From Clostridia bacterium (GTDB lineage Bacteria > Bacillota > Clostridia > Christensenellales > UBA1242), in contig JAFYKO010000082.1 in assembly GCA_017537515.1 (NCBI GenBank), positions 1-45,175 of the forward strand: DNA of 45,175 nt, in the 5' to 3' direction. Of the stretch, positions 24,711-34,505 are shown in pieces. The translations under genes and the position numbers were made by a program. The first letter of the stretch is position 1; each line of letters begins with the position of its first letter. The notes beneath the pieces are model-generated. The model was not told the DNA's origin. It did no database searches and worked only from the letters and a program-made list of their open reading frames with translations.

Positions 24711-25784
24711 TTATTTCAATAATTTTTCTTTGGCTTTCGCCTCTGCGTCTTCGTCGGAAATGCTTGGGTTTTGACGGATGATATCCGCTTTTGCTTTGAG
24801 GAGCCAAACTTTGTTGTGTTTTTTCTCTGGAAGTTCGTTTGCAAAAGCTTGATAAAACTCCTCTCTGCTTTTTTCATAAAGTTCAAGTTTTTCTGAGATT
24901 TCTTCTTCCCACAATATAATTGCAATATCTTCCTTGTCCTCTTGTGGGCTTATGTCATACAAATACGCCTTCTCCTCTGGTGCGAGGTATTGGGCAAGTT
25001 TGAAGTCTTTTGTGTCGAGGTCGTGGATTGTTGCCTTTCTGCGAAGAAGGGCACTGACTGTACTACAAAATCTCATTTCTTTAATGAAGCTTACAATTTG
25101 AGTTATCACCATCAATGCAACTGGAAGCAAGAATACAATAATCAGTCCAATAGGTGTTGCGATATAAGAAAGAATTGTTGATATAAATGGCGTTTGTCCG
25201 CCGTATTCTGCCACGACAAAATCATCACGAACATAAACATCGTCTGCGTCGTTGTCGTTGCTGTCGCCGAGTGTTTCAAAATATTTGTTTCCATAATCAT
25301 CAAAATAGATGTTTATGATTCTATGGAAAACAAGAATGGCACCCGCATCAATAGCATCCTGTCTTGTCCAACGGTCCTTCTTGTGTGGGTCTGGGTTGTT
25401 TGGTGCAACCCAAGTTTCAGGGTCTGTTATTGTATGACTTGCCTTGAAGTCTGGACTTGCGTCAATTTGAAATTGAAATGATTGGTCATAAGGGTCGCAG
25501 AAGTTGTAATAGAATACAATAATATCTCCGACTTTGAGGTCTTTTTTGCTTGCGTCAACTTCTTTAATAAACACAAAGTCGCCGATATCAAAGCCACCAT
25601 CGACCATACTCCCCGTTTGCACAACAGCGAAATTATAGCCAAAAAAGGACTTCATTTCGTTGTCCTTTTTCCCGATATTCATAATGATAGAAACCACAAT
25701 CATTCCTAAAAGTGCAATATAGATTGTGTAAAAAATTATGCTTTTGATTGATTTTTTCTTTTTTTCTGGTTGAATTTGAGACAT
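24711..25784 (-). CDS. SipW/ER-type (S26B) signal peptidase I paralog 1 with internal insertion and C-terminal cytoplasmic tail
   Basis: N-terminal TM, TGSM (Ser), GDIIVF, FHRI (His), LGDSNDNDAD (Asp), second TM, then an approx 130-aa charged tail. Confidence 0.65.
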   Translation of the reverse strand: MSQIQPEKKKKSIKSIIFYTIYIALLGMIVVSIIMNIGKKDNEMKSFFGYNFAVVQTGSMVDGGFDIGDFVFIKEVDASKKDLKVGDIIVFYYNFCDPYDQSFQFQIDASPDFKASHTITDPETWVAPNNPDPHKKDRWTRQDAIDAGAILVFHRIINIYFDDYGNKYFETLGDSNDNDADDVYVRDDFVVAEYGGQTPFISTILSYIATPIGLIIVFLLPVALMVITQIVSFIKEMRFCSTVSALLRRKATIHDLDTKDFKLAQYLAPEEKAYLYDISPQEDKEDIAIILWEEEISEKLELYEKSREEFYQAFANELPEKKHNKVWLLKAKADIIRQNPSISDEDAEAKAKEKLLK

Positions 25785-25808
25785 ATTTTTCCTATCTTGA
25801 TTTAAAAA

Positions 25809-27098
25809 TTATTTTTTATCTTGAGTGTCAGAGTTTGAAGAGCCTTTTGATTTTTTGCTCTTAGTTTTCTTTTCTTTTGGTTTTTCCTCTTGCACGCTTT
25901 CTGGTTCTGCTGGGTTTGTTTCCACAACCTCGCTTTCAGCACTAGCTTCTTTGTCGTCAACCTTTTTCTTGCGTTTAAGAGGGTTGACAACCATTTTTTG
26001 ACGTTCTTGTTCGATGCTCCAATCTTGCCAAGCTTTGTTGATTTTCTTTTTAATTCTTTTTCGTTTTGTGCTGTCTATGAAATAGGTCCAATAAGCAACT
26101 GGGTCATCGTCAAACTCTTGAGAGACTCGTGCAATATCTTGATACCTATCAACTTCTTTTTCTTTTCCGTTTTTGAGGTAGCCCCATAAGAATTCACGTA
26201 CTTCCCGCCTATCTGCTGGCTCGGAAGTGGCATAGAACCACACTTTGTCGGCAAGCTCCATATCAAGTCCAATGTTTGCCTTAATACTCTCGTCGCTGTC
26301 AAAACGTATAAGCCGACGAAGAACACGTTTTTCAACAAGGATTCTGCTTATTTGTTCAATAATTGAGAAGAGGATACAGAGGGTAAGAATTGCAAGCGGT
26401 GCAACCACAAGGGCAATCATACCCGTAGGGGTTGCCACGAAACTGAAGAAGCCTCGAATAAATGGAGCTGTGTAGATGTATTTTCCTACAACATAATCTT
26501 CGCAGATATAATTCGTTTCTGGTCCGCCGTTGGTTGGGTTGCCCGGGGTTCCGTCGCCCTGAGTTTCATAGAAGAGTGTCCCATCGGATTTGATGAAGAC
26601 ATTGACAATCCTATGGAAATAAAGTCTGTCTGCACGTGCGTTTATTTCGTCAACGGTTTTTCTATCGCCGGTGCGTTCTTCGGCCCTCAAGGTTTTGTAG
26701 GTGCTTGAATCAAATGGAGTCTTTTCTTTTGTGTCTCTGTCATAAGATTGGATAAGCGTTAGTTCTGCTTGAAGTTCAGACTTTGCCCCGTCGCACGCAC
26801 TGTCGTAATAATAATAGAAACCAATAATATCTCCCGCCCTAAGTTCGCCCGCACTTGTTTTGCCAAGGAAGACAATGTCTTTGACTTTGAAGCCGGAGTT
26901 TGTCATACTGCCCGATTTTATACTGACCATAGAAACCCCAAAAATGCTTGGAACCTTGCCTGACTGCTTGTCTGCATAAATTGCAAAACAGCACAAAAGG
27001 CACATTATGATAATAGGATAAAATAGGATATCTCCAATAATTCCTAGGATTGAATATATATTATGTTTTCTTTTTCCACTTTCTATATTTTTAGCCAT
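25809..27098 (-). CDS. SipW/ER-type (S26B) signal peptidase I paralog 2 with insertion and long K/E-rich tail
   Basis: N-terminal TM, SGSM, GDIIGF, FHRI, QGDGTPGN, second TM, then an approx 190-aa tail. The first ATG is at 27096-27098. The track start at 27116 is a TTG inside the promoter -10 region. Confidence 0.65.
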   Translation of the reverse strand: MAKNIESGKRKHNIYSILGIIGDILFYPIIIMCLLCCFAIYADKQSGKVPSIFGVSMVSIKSGSMTNSGFKVKDIVFLGKTSAGELRAGDIIGFYYYYDSACDGAKSELQAELTLIQSYDRDTKEKTPFDSSTYKTLRAEERTGDRKTVDEINARADRLYFHRIVNVFIKSDGTLFYETQGDGTPGNPTNGGPETNYICEDYVVGKYIYTAPFIRGFFSFVATPTGMIALVVAPLAILTLCILFSIIEQISRILVEKRVLRRLIRFDSDESIKANIGLDMELADKVWFYATSEPADRREVREFLWGYLKNGKEKEVDRYQDIARVSQEFDDDPVAYWTYFIDSTKRKRIKKKINKAWQDWSIEQERQKMVVNPLKRKKKVDDKEASAESEVVETNPAEPESVQEEKPKEKKTKSKKSKGSSNSDTQDKK

Positions 27099-27104
27099 AA
27101 TTAT

Positions 27105-27134
27105 ATTATGCCACAAATAACAAAAAAAAGTAAA
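27105..27134 (-). promoter_or_regulatory. Extended -10 promoter abutting the ATG of signal peptidase paralog 2 (TTTACT - 18 - TGgCATAAT - 6 nt - ATG)
   Basis: Minus strand: CATAAT (27105-27110) preceded by TGg, ataatt, ATG 27098. No SD. The -35 lies inside an AT-rich hairpin AGTAAA-N7-TTTACT followed by T8. Confidence 0.4.
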
Positions 27135-27264
27135 GCGTTTTTTTACTTTTTTTTTAATTTTTTATGCAATTTTATGATTTTTGGGCTTTTTTGCCAAGGT
27201 TTTATTGAGTTTTATTGCCAAAAATGTATACTTTAAACAACCTCCAGCCATAAAAACCTAAAAA

Positions 27265-29268
27265 TTATTTCAAATCAAAAAGGAATAATTTATGCAATGC
27301 CCTTGTGCAAGCAATATATTTTGTGTTTTTGTATAGATAATCTTTGGCAATGTCTTTGTTTTCGACAAAAATAACTGCATCAAATTCGAGGCCTTTTGAA
27401 AAACAAGTTGGAATAACAGATATTTTCGAATTGTTTTCCCCGCTACTTTCATCAATAATTTCAAGCCTTATTTTGTCTTGAAGTTCGCCAAAAATTTTGA
27501 GGCCATCGGCTATGGTTGGCGTAATAATTGCTATTTTGCTGTATTTTTCAGTTAGGCTATTTATTTTTTCAAGCAATTCTTTTTTGGATTTTATTTTTTC
27601 AACCTCTTCGCCCTCACGATTGAAATTGTTGACATTTTGAAGGTTGATTATTTCTTGATTGTGTCTTGCAATTTGAACCGTACTGCGATAGGTTGTTGCA
27701 AGTTTAAAGAGTTTTGTGTTGCCTATAAGTTCGCATAAGTTGTTAAGGTATGTGTGGTCGAGGTGTTTTTCAAATGTTTGATAGATATCCCCAAGGATTG
27801 TTTTGTTTGCTGGATAGATTTTGCACAAAAGCGACATTGCAACAGGTGAATAGTCTTGCATTTCGTCAATTATGATATGCTTAAAACTCTTGTCGGTTTC
27901 AACCCCAAGAATAAAGTCTTTGACATACAACAGTCCTGCAACATCTTCGTAACCCACAAAAACTGTGTTTGCCTTGCCCTTAACGCACCTAAACGGCAAA
28001 CCTATTGCCGAAAGGAAATCGGCGTAAATGTCGACAATGTTTGTGTTTTCAAGCATAGAATAAAGAACTTGTTTGACTCTTTTGAAAACCGGTTTTTCTT
28101 CTTTTTTGGAAACATCTAAGCGGTCTACGACATAATCCGCAATCCATTCAATACGTGTTGCGGGGGCTTTGTTTGCATAGTTCTCACTGTAAAGTCTGTT
28201 TATCTCCTCCGCACTGACTGTGCCGTTTGTTATCTTTATGTCTTGTGCCTTAAACGAGAGTTTTGCAAGGTTGTCAAGATATGTTTTAAGATTTTCAAAA
28301 AACTCAAAACTTCCCTTGTAGGCAACTTCGCTTGCTCTGTCTTTATCCCCAAGAAGAAGCGCTTCAATCATCTGACTTTTTGGTTCAAACCTTGCAATGC
28401 CTTGAAGTTCTGAGGATGCAATTTCATCAAATGTAATTTTCGGCGTATTTTCTTCGCCAAGTTCTGGAAGGACATCGCTTATATAATCCGAAAATAAACT
28501 GCTTGGGCTTACCACAAGAATATCTTTTGCTTTTATCTTGTTTTTGTATAAAAGGTAGGCAATTCTATGAAGTGCGATTGAGGTTTTTCCGCTTCCCGCA
28601 ACACCTTGAACAATCACATTTTCGCCTTCTTCCGCACGAATAATCTTGTTTTGTTCTGCTTGAATGGTTGCAACAATGTTTCGCATTTTGCTGTCCGCAT
28701 CCCCGCCAAGTGTTTCTCTTAAAATTTCATCGCCAATTGTAAGGTTTGAATCAAATGCGTATACCAGTTTTTTGTGGTCGGCTTTGTACTGGCGTTTGAT
28801 TGTTATCTTTCCTTCAAACGTTTGCCCTTCTGCAACGTACGACGAATTGCCGAGTTCAAAGTCATAATACATAGATGACAAAGGTGCTCGCCAGTCCAAA
28901 ACAAGAGGGATTTCAATTCCTGCTTTGAACACGTGAGATATGCCGATATAATATGCATATGGCTTTGTTTCGTCGTCGCATTGAAAATCTATTCTTCCAA
29001 AATATGCAGACTCTCTTTGACGTTCAAGAAGTGCTTTTGTGGATGTTAGTTCCAAAAACTTGAGTTGAATTTGCTCCATCAAATTTCTTTGAGTTGCAAT
29101 TTCTTCTGCGTCCATTTCATAATACGAGTCAGCCATAAATTTGCTGAGTTCTCTTATCTCTTTTTCGCCTTGATAAATTGCGTTGTTGATTCTTTCCAAC
29201 GCTTTTTCAATGGTGTCAACTGTACCATTAAGGTACCTTTCTTCGCTTTTAAAATCTTCCTTATTCAT
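27265..29268 (-). CDS. helD: HelD-type UvrD/Rep-family helicase (RNA polymerase recycling factor)
   Basis: Coiled-coil N-terminus with YFGRIDF...YYIGISHV, Walker A GVAGSGKTSIALHRIAYLLY, and DEMQDYS. Confidence 0.85.
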   Translation of the reverse strand: MNKEDFKSEERYLNGTVDTIEKALERINNAIYQGEKEIRELSKFMADSYYEMDAEEIATQRNLMEQIQLKFLELTSTKALLERQRESAYFGRIDFQCDDETKPYAYYIGISHVFKAGIEIPLVLDWRAPLSSMYYDFELGNSSYVAEGQTFEGKITIKRQYKADHKKLVYAFDSNLTIGDEILRETLGGDADSKMRNIVATIQAEQNKIIRAEEGENVIVQGVAGSGKTSIALHRIAYLLYKNKIKAKDILVVSPSSLFSDYISDVLPELGEENTPKITFDEIASSELQGIARFEPKSQMIEALLLGDKDRASEVAYKGSFEFFENLKTYLDNLAKLSFKAQDIKITNGTVSAEEINRLYSENYANKAPATRIEWIADYVVDRLDVSKKEEKPVFKRVKQVLYSMLENTNIVDIYADFLSAIGLPFRCVKGKANTVFVGYEDVAGLLYVKDFILGVETDKSFKHIIIDEMQDYSPVAMSLLCKIYPANKTILGDIYQTFEKHLDHTYLNNLCELIGNTKLFKLATTYRSTVQIARHNQEIINLQNVNNFNREGEEVEKIKSKKELLEKINSLTEKYSKIAIITPTIADGLKIFGELQDKIRLEIIDESSGENNSKISVIPTCFSKGLEFDAVIFVENKDIAKDYLYKNTKYIACTRALHKLFLFDLK

Positions 29269-29344
29269 TTTTCCTCGTTTGCTAAAAAATATGATTATTG
29301 GTGTATTTTTCCTTTTAATTCAATAAAAGGTTTTTGTCTTTACA

Positions 29345-29377
29345 AATATTAAAATTCGCAAAGAGTGTGTGCGAATT
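29345..29377 (-). terminator. Probable intrinsic terminator after the lipoprotein gene
   Basis: Minus strand: AATTCGCA - 9 nt - TGCGAATT followed by a TTAATATTTG T-rich tail. Confidence 0.4.
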
Positions 29378-29387
29378 TCAAAAATTA

Positions 29388-30635
29388 TTATCTGCCCGCA
29401 ACGGAGCAAGTTGTTTCAGTGTCTTTGAATTTGAATTGGTATGTTTTTGTGGTTGCAGAACGTTCTGCGTTTGTGATTTTTGTGAATGACTGTTCTTTGT
29501 CATTTTTGAATATGTCTTCTATGCTTTCAATCTTATGGCTTCCGTTTTTGTATTTGAGTTTACCATTTGAGCCACCGTTGTAAATAAGAAGTTCTGCAGT
29601 TGTAACTGTTGTGCCTTCTTTTGCGTTGTAGTTGGCCATTATATTTCCATCTTTAAGCATAAAGAATTCAAGTTTGTTTGATATTTGGTTTGTAATGACT
29701 TGTTCGCCCTTGAAAAATCCGGTGTCGTTGTAGGCCTTAATGTTTTTGTAAGTTCCGATAAGCTCAGAGCTTGAAAAGTCGTATTCATAGTTTTTGAGTG
29801 AGTTTGGGGTGAAGACGTAAGGCAAAGTGTTCATATCCGTACATTCAGAGAATGTGATAATTTTCCTAATTTTCCCCGTTGAAGAATCTGTTTTGAAGTT
29901 GACTTCTTTTTTGGCAAGGTTGCCATTTTGAAGTTGATATATAATAGTTATAACTTTCCCATCATCATCCCTCATTATTTCAAGATAATCACCCATTTCA
30001 ATAGAACCCGTCAACATTTCAGGGACTTCGGCTTGTGTTGGATAGACAAATTCAGAATAAACTTCAACTTGATAGTCGTTTGCTGGAGAGACTTTGTATT
30101 TAAGTGCAAGGCCCATACTTTTTATGATTGTCTCAACGCTTAGTTTGTCGGTTGTGTATCCTGGAGTCTTGACAACTGGTTGTGGAAGTGGTGAGTTTTG
30201 GTCAAGCGAATGAATGTTTGAGCTGTAATAATAAATATAAGCTTTTGAATTTGCGTTGTCGCTGTTTGTAAGTGAAAGAGTAAAGTCAGAAAGCGTTGTG
30301 GAAACGTTTGAAAGGTTGTAACTCCAAACCGCACGATTGTTGATTCTCATATCAAGAGCAGGCATTATGAACGTAAAGTTCTTGTTGATATTATTAATCA
30401 AATTCCAACCAAAAGTCAATTTTTGGCTTGCGTCAGTGTTAAGGCTTTGAGTGAACTCCGTCGAAAGATTTTCAAACGCCCTTACATCATCTGTAAATTC
30501 AATAACATTGTCATAGATGAGTTTTCCAGGTTCAAAACTTTGTGTTTTGAGTTTTATTTTTTCGCCTCCGCAACCCACAAGCAAGATGCACGGCAAAATT
30601 GCAAGTGCCAAGGCATATTTTATTATTTTTTTCAT
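29388..30635 (-). CDS. Lipoprotein of unknown function
   Basis: MKKIIKYALALAILPCILLVGCGGEK (lipobox LVGC). SD is AAGGAAGGGA. No recognisable catalytic motif. Confidence 0.75.
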   Translation of the reverse strand: MKKIIKYALALAILPCILLVGCGGEKIKLKTQSFEPGKLIYDNVIEFTDDVRAFENLSTEFTQSLNTDASQKLTFGWNLINNINKNFTFIMPALDMRINNRAVWSYNLSNVSTTLSDFTLSLTNSDNANSKAYIYYYSSNIHSLDQNSPLPQPVVKTPGYTTDKLSVETIIKSMGLALKYKVSPANDYQVEVYSEFVYPTQAEVPEMLTGSIEMGDYLEIMRDDDGKVITIIYQLQNGNLAKKEVNFKTDSSTGKIRKIITFSECTDMNTLPYVFTPNSLKNYEYDFSSSELIGTYKNIKAYNDTGFFKGEQVITNQISNKLEFFMLKDGNIMANYNAKEGTTVTTAELLIYNGGSNGKLKYKNGSHKIESIEDIFKNDKEQSFTKITNAERSATTKTYQFKFKDTETTCSVAGR

Positions 30636-30668
30636 TTTTCCCTTCCTTAATTTTTTTTAAATATTTTA

Positions 30669-31652
30669 TTAAATCTTGCTAGTCAACTCTTTCAGTATTT
30701 TTTTAAGAACAACCCTTTCTTCTTCGTCAAGGGTTTTATCTTTTTCAAGCAGAACCAAAACAAAAAGGTTTTCTCTTGGGAGTGTCTTTGGAATTCCCTC
30801 TGTTTGGCAAAAGTTTGAGATTTCGTGTTTTGTCGGCTTTGTAAATCGGCTTAAGGCGGTTTTGTTCATTTCAATTTCGAGGCGACCAAGTTCGTGAGAA
30901 ATCAAGCTTTCGTCGTCGTATTGGAGGATGTTGGTTAGCGTTAAATAAGCCCCATAAAAATTCTTTTTCTTTTCGTAATACTCCGCTAAGTGGAAATAAA
31001 ACTCAATCATATGGGCTTTTGTGTAGGCAACTTCATAGCATTCATACAAAGCGTTTTTGTATTTCTCAAGGTTTTTGTCTTTCAACATTTCGGCTTTAAG
31101 CATAAGCGAATCAAAGTTGCAAGGGTTGAGCTTCAAGGCTTCTGCAACTGCCTTCTCTGCGTCTTGTTTTCTTCCCATTTGAAGGTAAATCTCTGCTTTT
31201 AAGTTGAGGTAATACGGGCGACGAGACAAGATGTAGCCTTCTTCTTTTTTTGTTTTGAGGTTCTTTTTAAAAATAATCTCTGCTTCGAGAATTGTGGAAG
31301 TGTAATACACAGTTTTTGAAAGGTTTTTGGGATGTGCGTAAACCTCCACTGCGTCAATAACCTCCAAAAGTTCAAGAGCTTTTTCAAATTTTCCTTCATA
31401 AACAAATGCATCAATTTTGTTTAAGAGTCTGTCGGGGTTGATGACATCGCTTTCGTTGAGGCCGTTTTCCAAAAGTATGTTGTAAAGCGTCACACCTAGG
31501 AGTGCGACATCATCTGCATCGGCCCCGTTTTCACGAAGGCGATGGATTGATGAAATCAACATTTCTTTGTCAACACCCACTTGTCCGGTCAATTTTTCGA
31601 GGACTTTTTCAACCTCGCTTTTGTTTTGGATAGATTCTTTTTTGTTTTTCAT
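30669..31652 (-). CDS. TPR-repeat protein
   Basis: Helical repeats with A/Y/L periodicity (KAEIYLQMGRKQDAEKAVAEALKLNP...). ATG at 31650-31652. The track start at 31679 is a TTG lying within the promoter. Confidence 0.7.
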   Translation of the reverse strand: MKNKKESIQNKSEVEKVLEKLTGQVGVDKEMLISSIHRLRENGADADDVALLGVTLYNILLENGLNESDVINPDRLLNKIDAFVYEGKFEKALELLEVIDAVEVYAHPKNLSKTVYYTSTILEAEIIFKKNLKTKKEEGYILSRRPYYLNLKAEIYLQMGRKQDAEKAVAEALKLNPCNFDSLMLKAEMLKDKNLEKYKNALYECYEVAYTKAHMIEFYFHLAEYYEKKKNFYGAYLTLTNILQYDDESLISHELGRLEIEMNKTALSRFTKPTKHEISNFCQTEGIPKTLPRENLFVLVLLEKDKTLDEEERVVLKKILKELTSKI

Positions 31653-31658
31653 AACTAT

Positions 31659-31687
31659 ATAATACCACAAATAAACCAAAACTACAA
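31659..31687 (-). promoter_or_regulatory. Promoter abutting the TPR gene ATG (TTGTAG - 17 - TGgTATTAT - 6 nt - ATG); leaderless-type
   Basis: Minus strand: TTGTAG (31682-31687), 17-nt spacer ending TGg, TATTAT (31659-31664), atagtt, ATG 31652. Confidence 0.5.
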
Positions 31688-31795
31688 CGAATTTTTTTGT
31701 TTTGTGGTTTTTTTTTGAATTTCCCCATCAAAATTTGCGAAAAAATAAAAAATAAGCAATAAAAACGAAAAAAATAGTTGATTATTTATTTTAAA

Positions 31796-33313
31796 ATGTG
31801 TTATCATAAAAATATGATAGTATTAGTAGTTATGGACGGAGTGGGGCTCCGCAAGAATAAAGAGTTTAATGCAGTTAAACTCGCAAATACCCCAAATCTT
31901 AAAAAATTTAAATGGCATTACCCTTACACCACCCTAAAAGCCAGCGGAAATGCAGTTGGGCTTTCTGAGGGAGTTATAGGTAACAGTGAAGCCGGACACC
32001 TCACAATCGGTTGTGGGCGTCCAATCAAACAACCACTTGAAATTATTAACTCTGCAATCGCAGATGGCTCATTCAAGAAAAATGAAGCACTTCTTGGAGC
32101 AATTTCTCACGCAAAAGAAAACGGAAGTGCTTTGCACATAGTCTCTATGCTTTCAACTGGAAGTGTTCACAGCAGTTTTGAGCAAACAAAAGCGACAATC
32201 AATCTCGCAATCGCACACAAAACCCCGCACATTTACCTCCACTGCATTTTGGACGGAAGAGACAGCGAAATCAACGCCGGCATTGACTCTGTGAGAGAAC
32301 TTTTGGCAACTTATGCAAACACCTCTTGCAGAATTTCAAGCATAATCGGACGTGCGTATGCAATGGACAGAGAGGAAAACTGGGAACGCACAGAAAAGGC
32401 GTACAACCTCTTTGCCCGTGGCCGAGGAAAAAGAACTGAAAATCCAGTCGCTGTGCTTCAAGCAAGTTATTCTCGTGGGGTTTATGACGAGTTTGTTGAA
32501 CCAATCAAGGTTGCGGGCGGAATGGCCATAAAATGCAACGATAGTGTCATTTTCACAAACCTTAGAAAAGACCGCTCTCGCCAGCTTCTTGCGCCGTTTT
32601 TATTTGATGACTTCGACAAGTTTGAAACAACTTATCTTAACAATATGTATATAGCTTCATTTGTTGAGTACGACGACGACTTTGCACCTTATGTCAATGT
32701 TGCTTTTGACACAGAGACTCCGCAAAACACCCTCGGAGGCGTTATATCGCATTATGGACGCAATCAAATCCGCATAACCGAAACAACCAAGTTCCCGCAC
32801 GTAACTTATTATTTTAATGGCGGAATTGACGAACCTTACGCCGGAGAATCAAGGGTTATGGTGCCTACAATGAATGAAATAAACTTTGCAAAAGCCCCAA
32901 AAATGAGAGCGGGCGAAATAACTCTTCAAACCCTTGAAGCAATTTCTTCAAATATGTACGACTTCATTCTTGTCAACCTTTCAAACTGCGATATGGTTGG
33001 CCACACTGCGGACCTCGACGCAACCATAACTGCTGTTGAAATGGTCGATAAGTGCGTTGGAGCAATCGCAGAGGCAACAATTAAGGCTGGTGGTGAATGC
33101 ATTGTTACATCAGACCACGGAAACGCCGAAGAACTTTTGGAAAACGGAAGACCAAAAACCTCACACACCACAAACCCTGTTCCGCTTTTCCTTGTAACCA
33201 AAAAACGCAGAAAACTTAAAAAAGGGCTTGGGCTTTCAAGCATTGCTCCGACAATTCTTGAAATGCTTGGGCTCCCAATCCCAGAGGAAATGGACGAAAG
33301 TCTGCTTAAATAA
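31796..33313 (+). CDS. gpmI: 2,3-bisphosphoglycerate-independent phosphoglycerate mutase
   Basis: VVMDGVGL, GNSEAGH, GxxHS, MDRxxxWxR, and the C-terminal TSDHGNAE motif. Start is ATG 31796 or 31814 (the track uses TTG 31778). Confidence 0.9.
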   Translation: MCYHKNMIVLVVMDGVGLRKNKEFNAVKLANTPNLKKFKWHYPYTTLKASGNAVGLSEGVIGNSEAGHLTIGCGRPIKQPLEIINSAIADGSFKKNEALLGAISHAKENGSALHIVSMLSTGSVHSSFEQTKATINLAIAHKTPHIYLHCILDGRDSEINAGIDSVRELLATYANTSCRISSIIGRAYAMDREENWERTEKAYNLFARGRGKRTENPVAVLQASYSRGVYDEFVEPIKVAGGMAIKCNDSVIFTNLRKDRSRQLLAPFLFDDFDKFETTYLNNMYIASFVEYDDDFAPYVNVAFDTETPQNTLGGVISHYGRNQIRITETTKFPHVTYYFNGGIDEPYAGESRVMVPTMNEINFAKAPKMRAGEITLQTLEAISSNMYDFILVNLSNCDMVGHTADLDATITAVEMVDKCVGAIAEATIKAGGECIVTSDHGNAEELLENGRPKTSHTTNPVPLFLVTKKRRKLKKGLGLSSIAPTILEMLGLPIPEEMDESLLK

Positions 33314-33432
33314 CTTTCGCCTCGCTACGCTAAGCAAGAATATTCCTCGGCGGTGGTTCGGGCAGAATAAAGCACAAAAAATCACACATACTATTTTTGA
33401 AGAAGCGGAATAATATAATAAAAGGAAACAAT

Positions 33433-34452
33433 ATGAAAAAAATTAAAGTTGGAATCAATGGATTCGGAAGAATCGGCAGAATACTGCTTCGCATAATCAG
33501 TGAACGCCCGAATATGGAGGTTGTCGCAATCAACAATCCGGGCCTAGTGCCAGAGTATGCAAAATACAACTTCACACACGACACAATTCACGGTAGGTTT
33601 AAGGGCAAATGCGAAGTCAAAAACGGGGATTTAGTTGTCAACGGAAAAAGAATCAAAATTCTTGGCGGACAAACCCCAAACGACATTCCTTGGAATGAAT
33701 ATGGCGTGGATTATGTCTTTGACGCAACCGGAAAGTTTAAGTCAAAAGCAGAACTCCAGGGCCATCTTGAAAACGGGGCAAAAAAGGTTGTCCTAACCGC
33801 TCCCGGAGATAGTGATATTCCTATGTTTGTTTATGGCGTCAACCACGACACCTACACGCAAGATATGGACATAGTTTCAAACGCAAGTTGCACAACAAAC
33901 TGCCTTGCACCTCTCACAAAAGTTATTGACGACGCTTTCGGCATTGAAGAGGCCCTAATGACAACCGTCCATTCTGCAACAAGTTCTCAAAAGGTTGTCG
34001 ACAGTTCAAGCAAAAAGGATTATCGTGGCGGTCGTGCCGCAAGCTACAATATCATCCCTTCGGCAACGGGGGCGGCAAAAGCAGTTGGGGTTGTAATTCC
34101 TCACCTAAAAGGCAAAATCACTGGTATGAGTTTCAGAGTGCCAACGCTTAATGTAAGTGTTGTTGACTTAACCGCAAAACTTAAAAAACCAACGGACTAT
34201 GACAAAATAGTCAGCGTTATGAAAAAAGCAGAAAAAGGTGCGTTTAATGGAATTATCGGAACAACCGACGAACCCGCAGTTTCTTCTGATTTTATCAGTG
34301 AACCTCGCACTTGTATGTTTGATATCACTGCGGGGATTATGCTTTCGCCAACGTTTGTAAAGCTTGTTGCGTGGTATGACAACGAGTGGGGTTATTCTGA
34401 AATGACAATCAAAATGCTGGAACATATCCACTCAGTTTCTGCCAAAAAATAA
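33433..34452 (+). CDS. gap: Glyceraldehyde-3-phosphate dehydrogenase
   Basis: MKKIKVGINGFGRIGR, active site SNASCTTNCLAP, and WYDNEWGYS. AAAGGAAA SD before ATG 33433. Confidence 0.95.
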   Translation: MKKIKVGINGFGRIGRILLRIISERPNMEVVAINNPGLVPEYAKYNFTHDTIHGRFKGKCEVKNGDLVVNGKRIKILGGQTPNDIPWNEYGVDYVFDATGKFKSKAELQGHLENGAKKVVLTAPGDSDIPMFVYGVNHDTYTQDMDIVSNASCTTNCLAPLTKVIDDAFGIEEALMTTVHSATSSQKVVDSSSKKDYRGGRAASYNIIPSATGAAKAVGVVIPHLKGKITGMSFRVPTLNVSVVDLTAKLKKPTDYDKIVSVMKKAEKGAFNGIIGTTDEPAVSSDFISEPRTCMFDITAGIMLSPTFVKLVAWYDNEWGYSEMTIKMLEHIHSVSAKK

Positions 34453-34483
34453 AAAACACCCCTCAAAAAAGAGGTATGAAAAC

Positions 34484-34505
34484 GCCAAAAATCTTGGCTT
34501 TTTTT
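34484..34505. terminator. Short bidirectional terminator between convergent gap and HIT genes
   Basis: GCCAA-aaatc-TTGGC followed by T7 on the plus strand, with an A-rich run on the other side. Confidence 0.4.

Noticed and set aside
24716-25990. Lys-rich alternative-frame ORFs (24716-24925, 25802-25990) at the 3' ends of the two signal peptidase genes
   Set aside because: They are frame-shifted readings of the K/E-rich tail-coding regions, with low complexity and no independent start signals.
33314-33432. GC-enriched patch (cgcctcgctacgc...cctcggcggtggttcgggc) between gpmI and gap, considered as a fourth palindromic element
   Set aside because: I could find no complementary arms, so it does not share the tiered hairpin design. 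It is probably just spacer or leader of gap.
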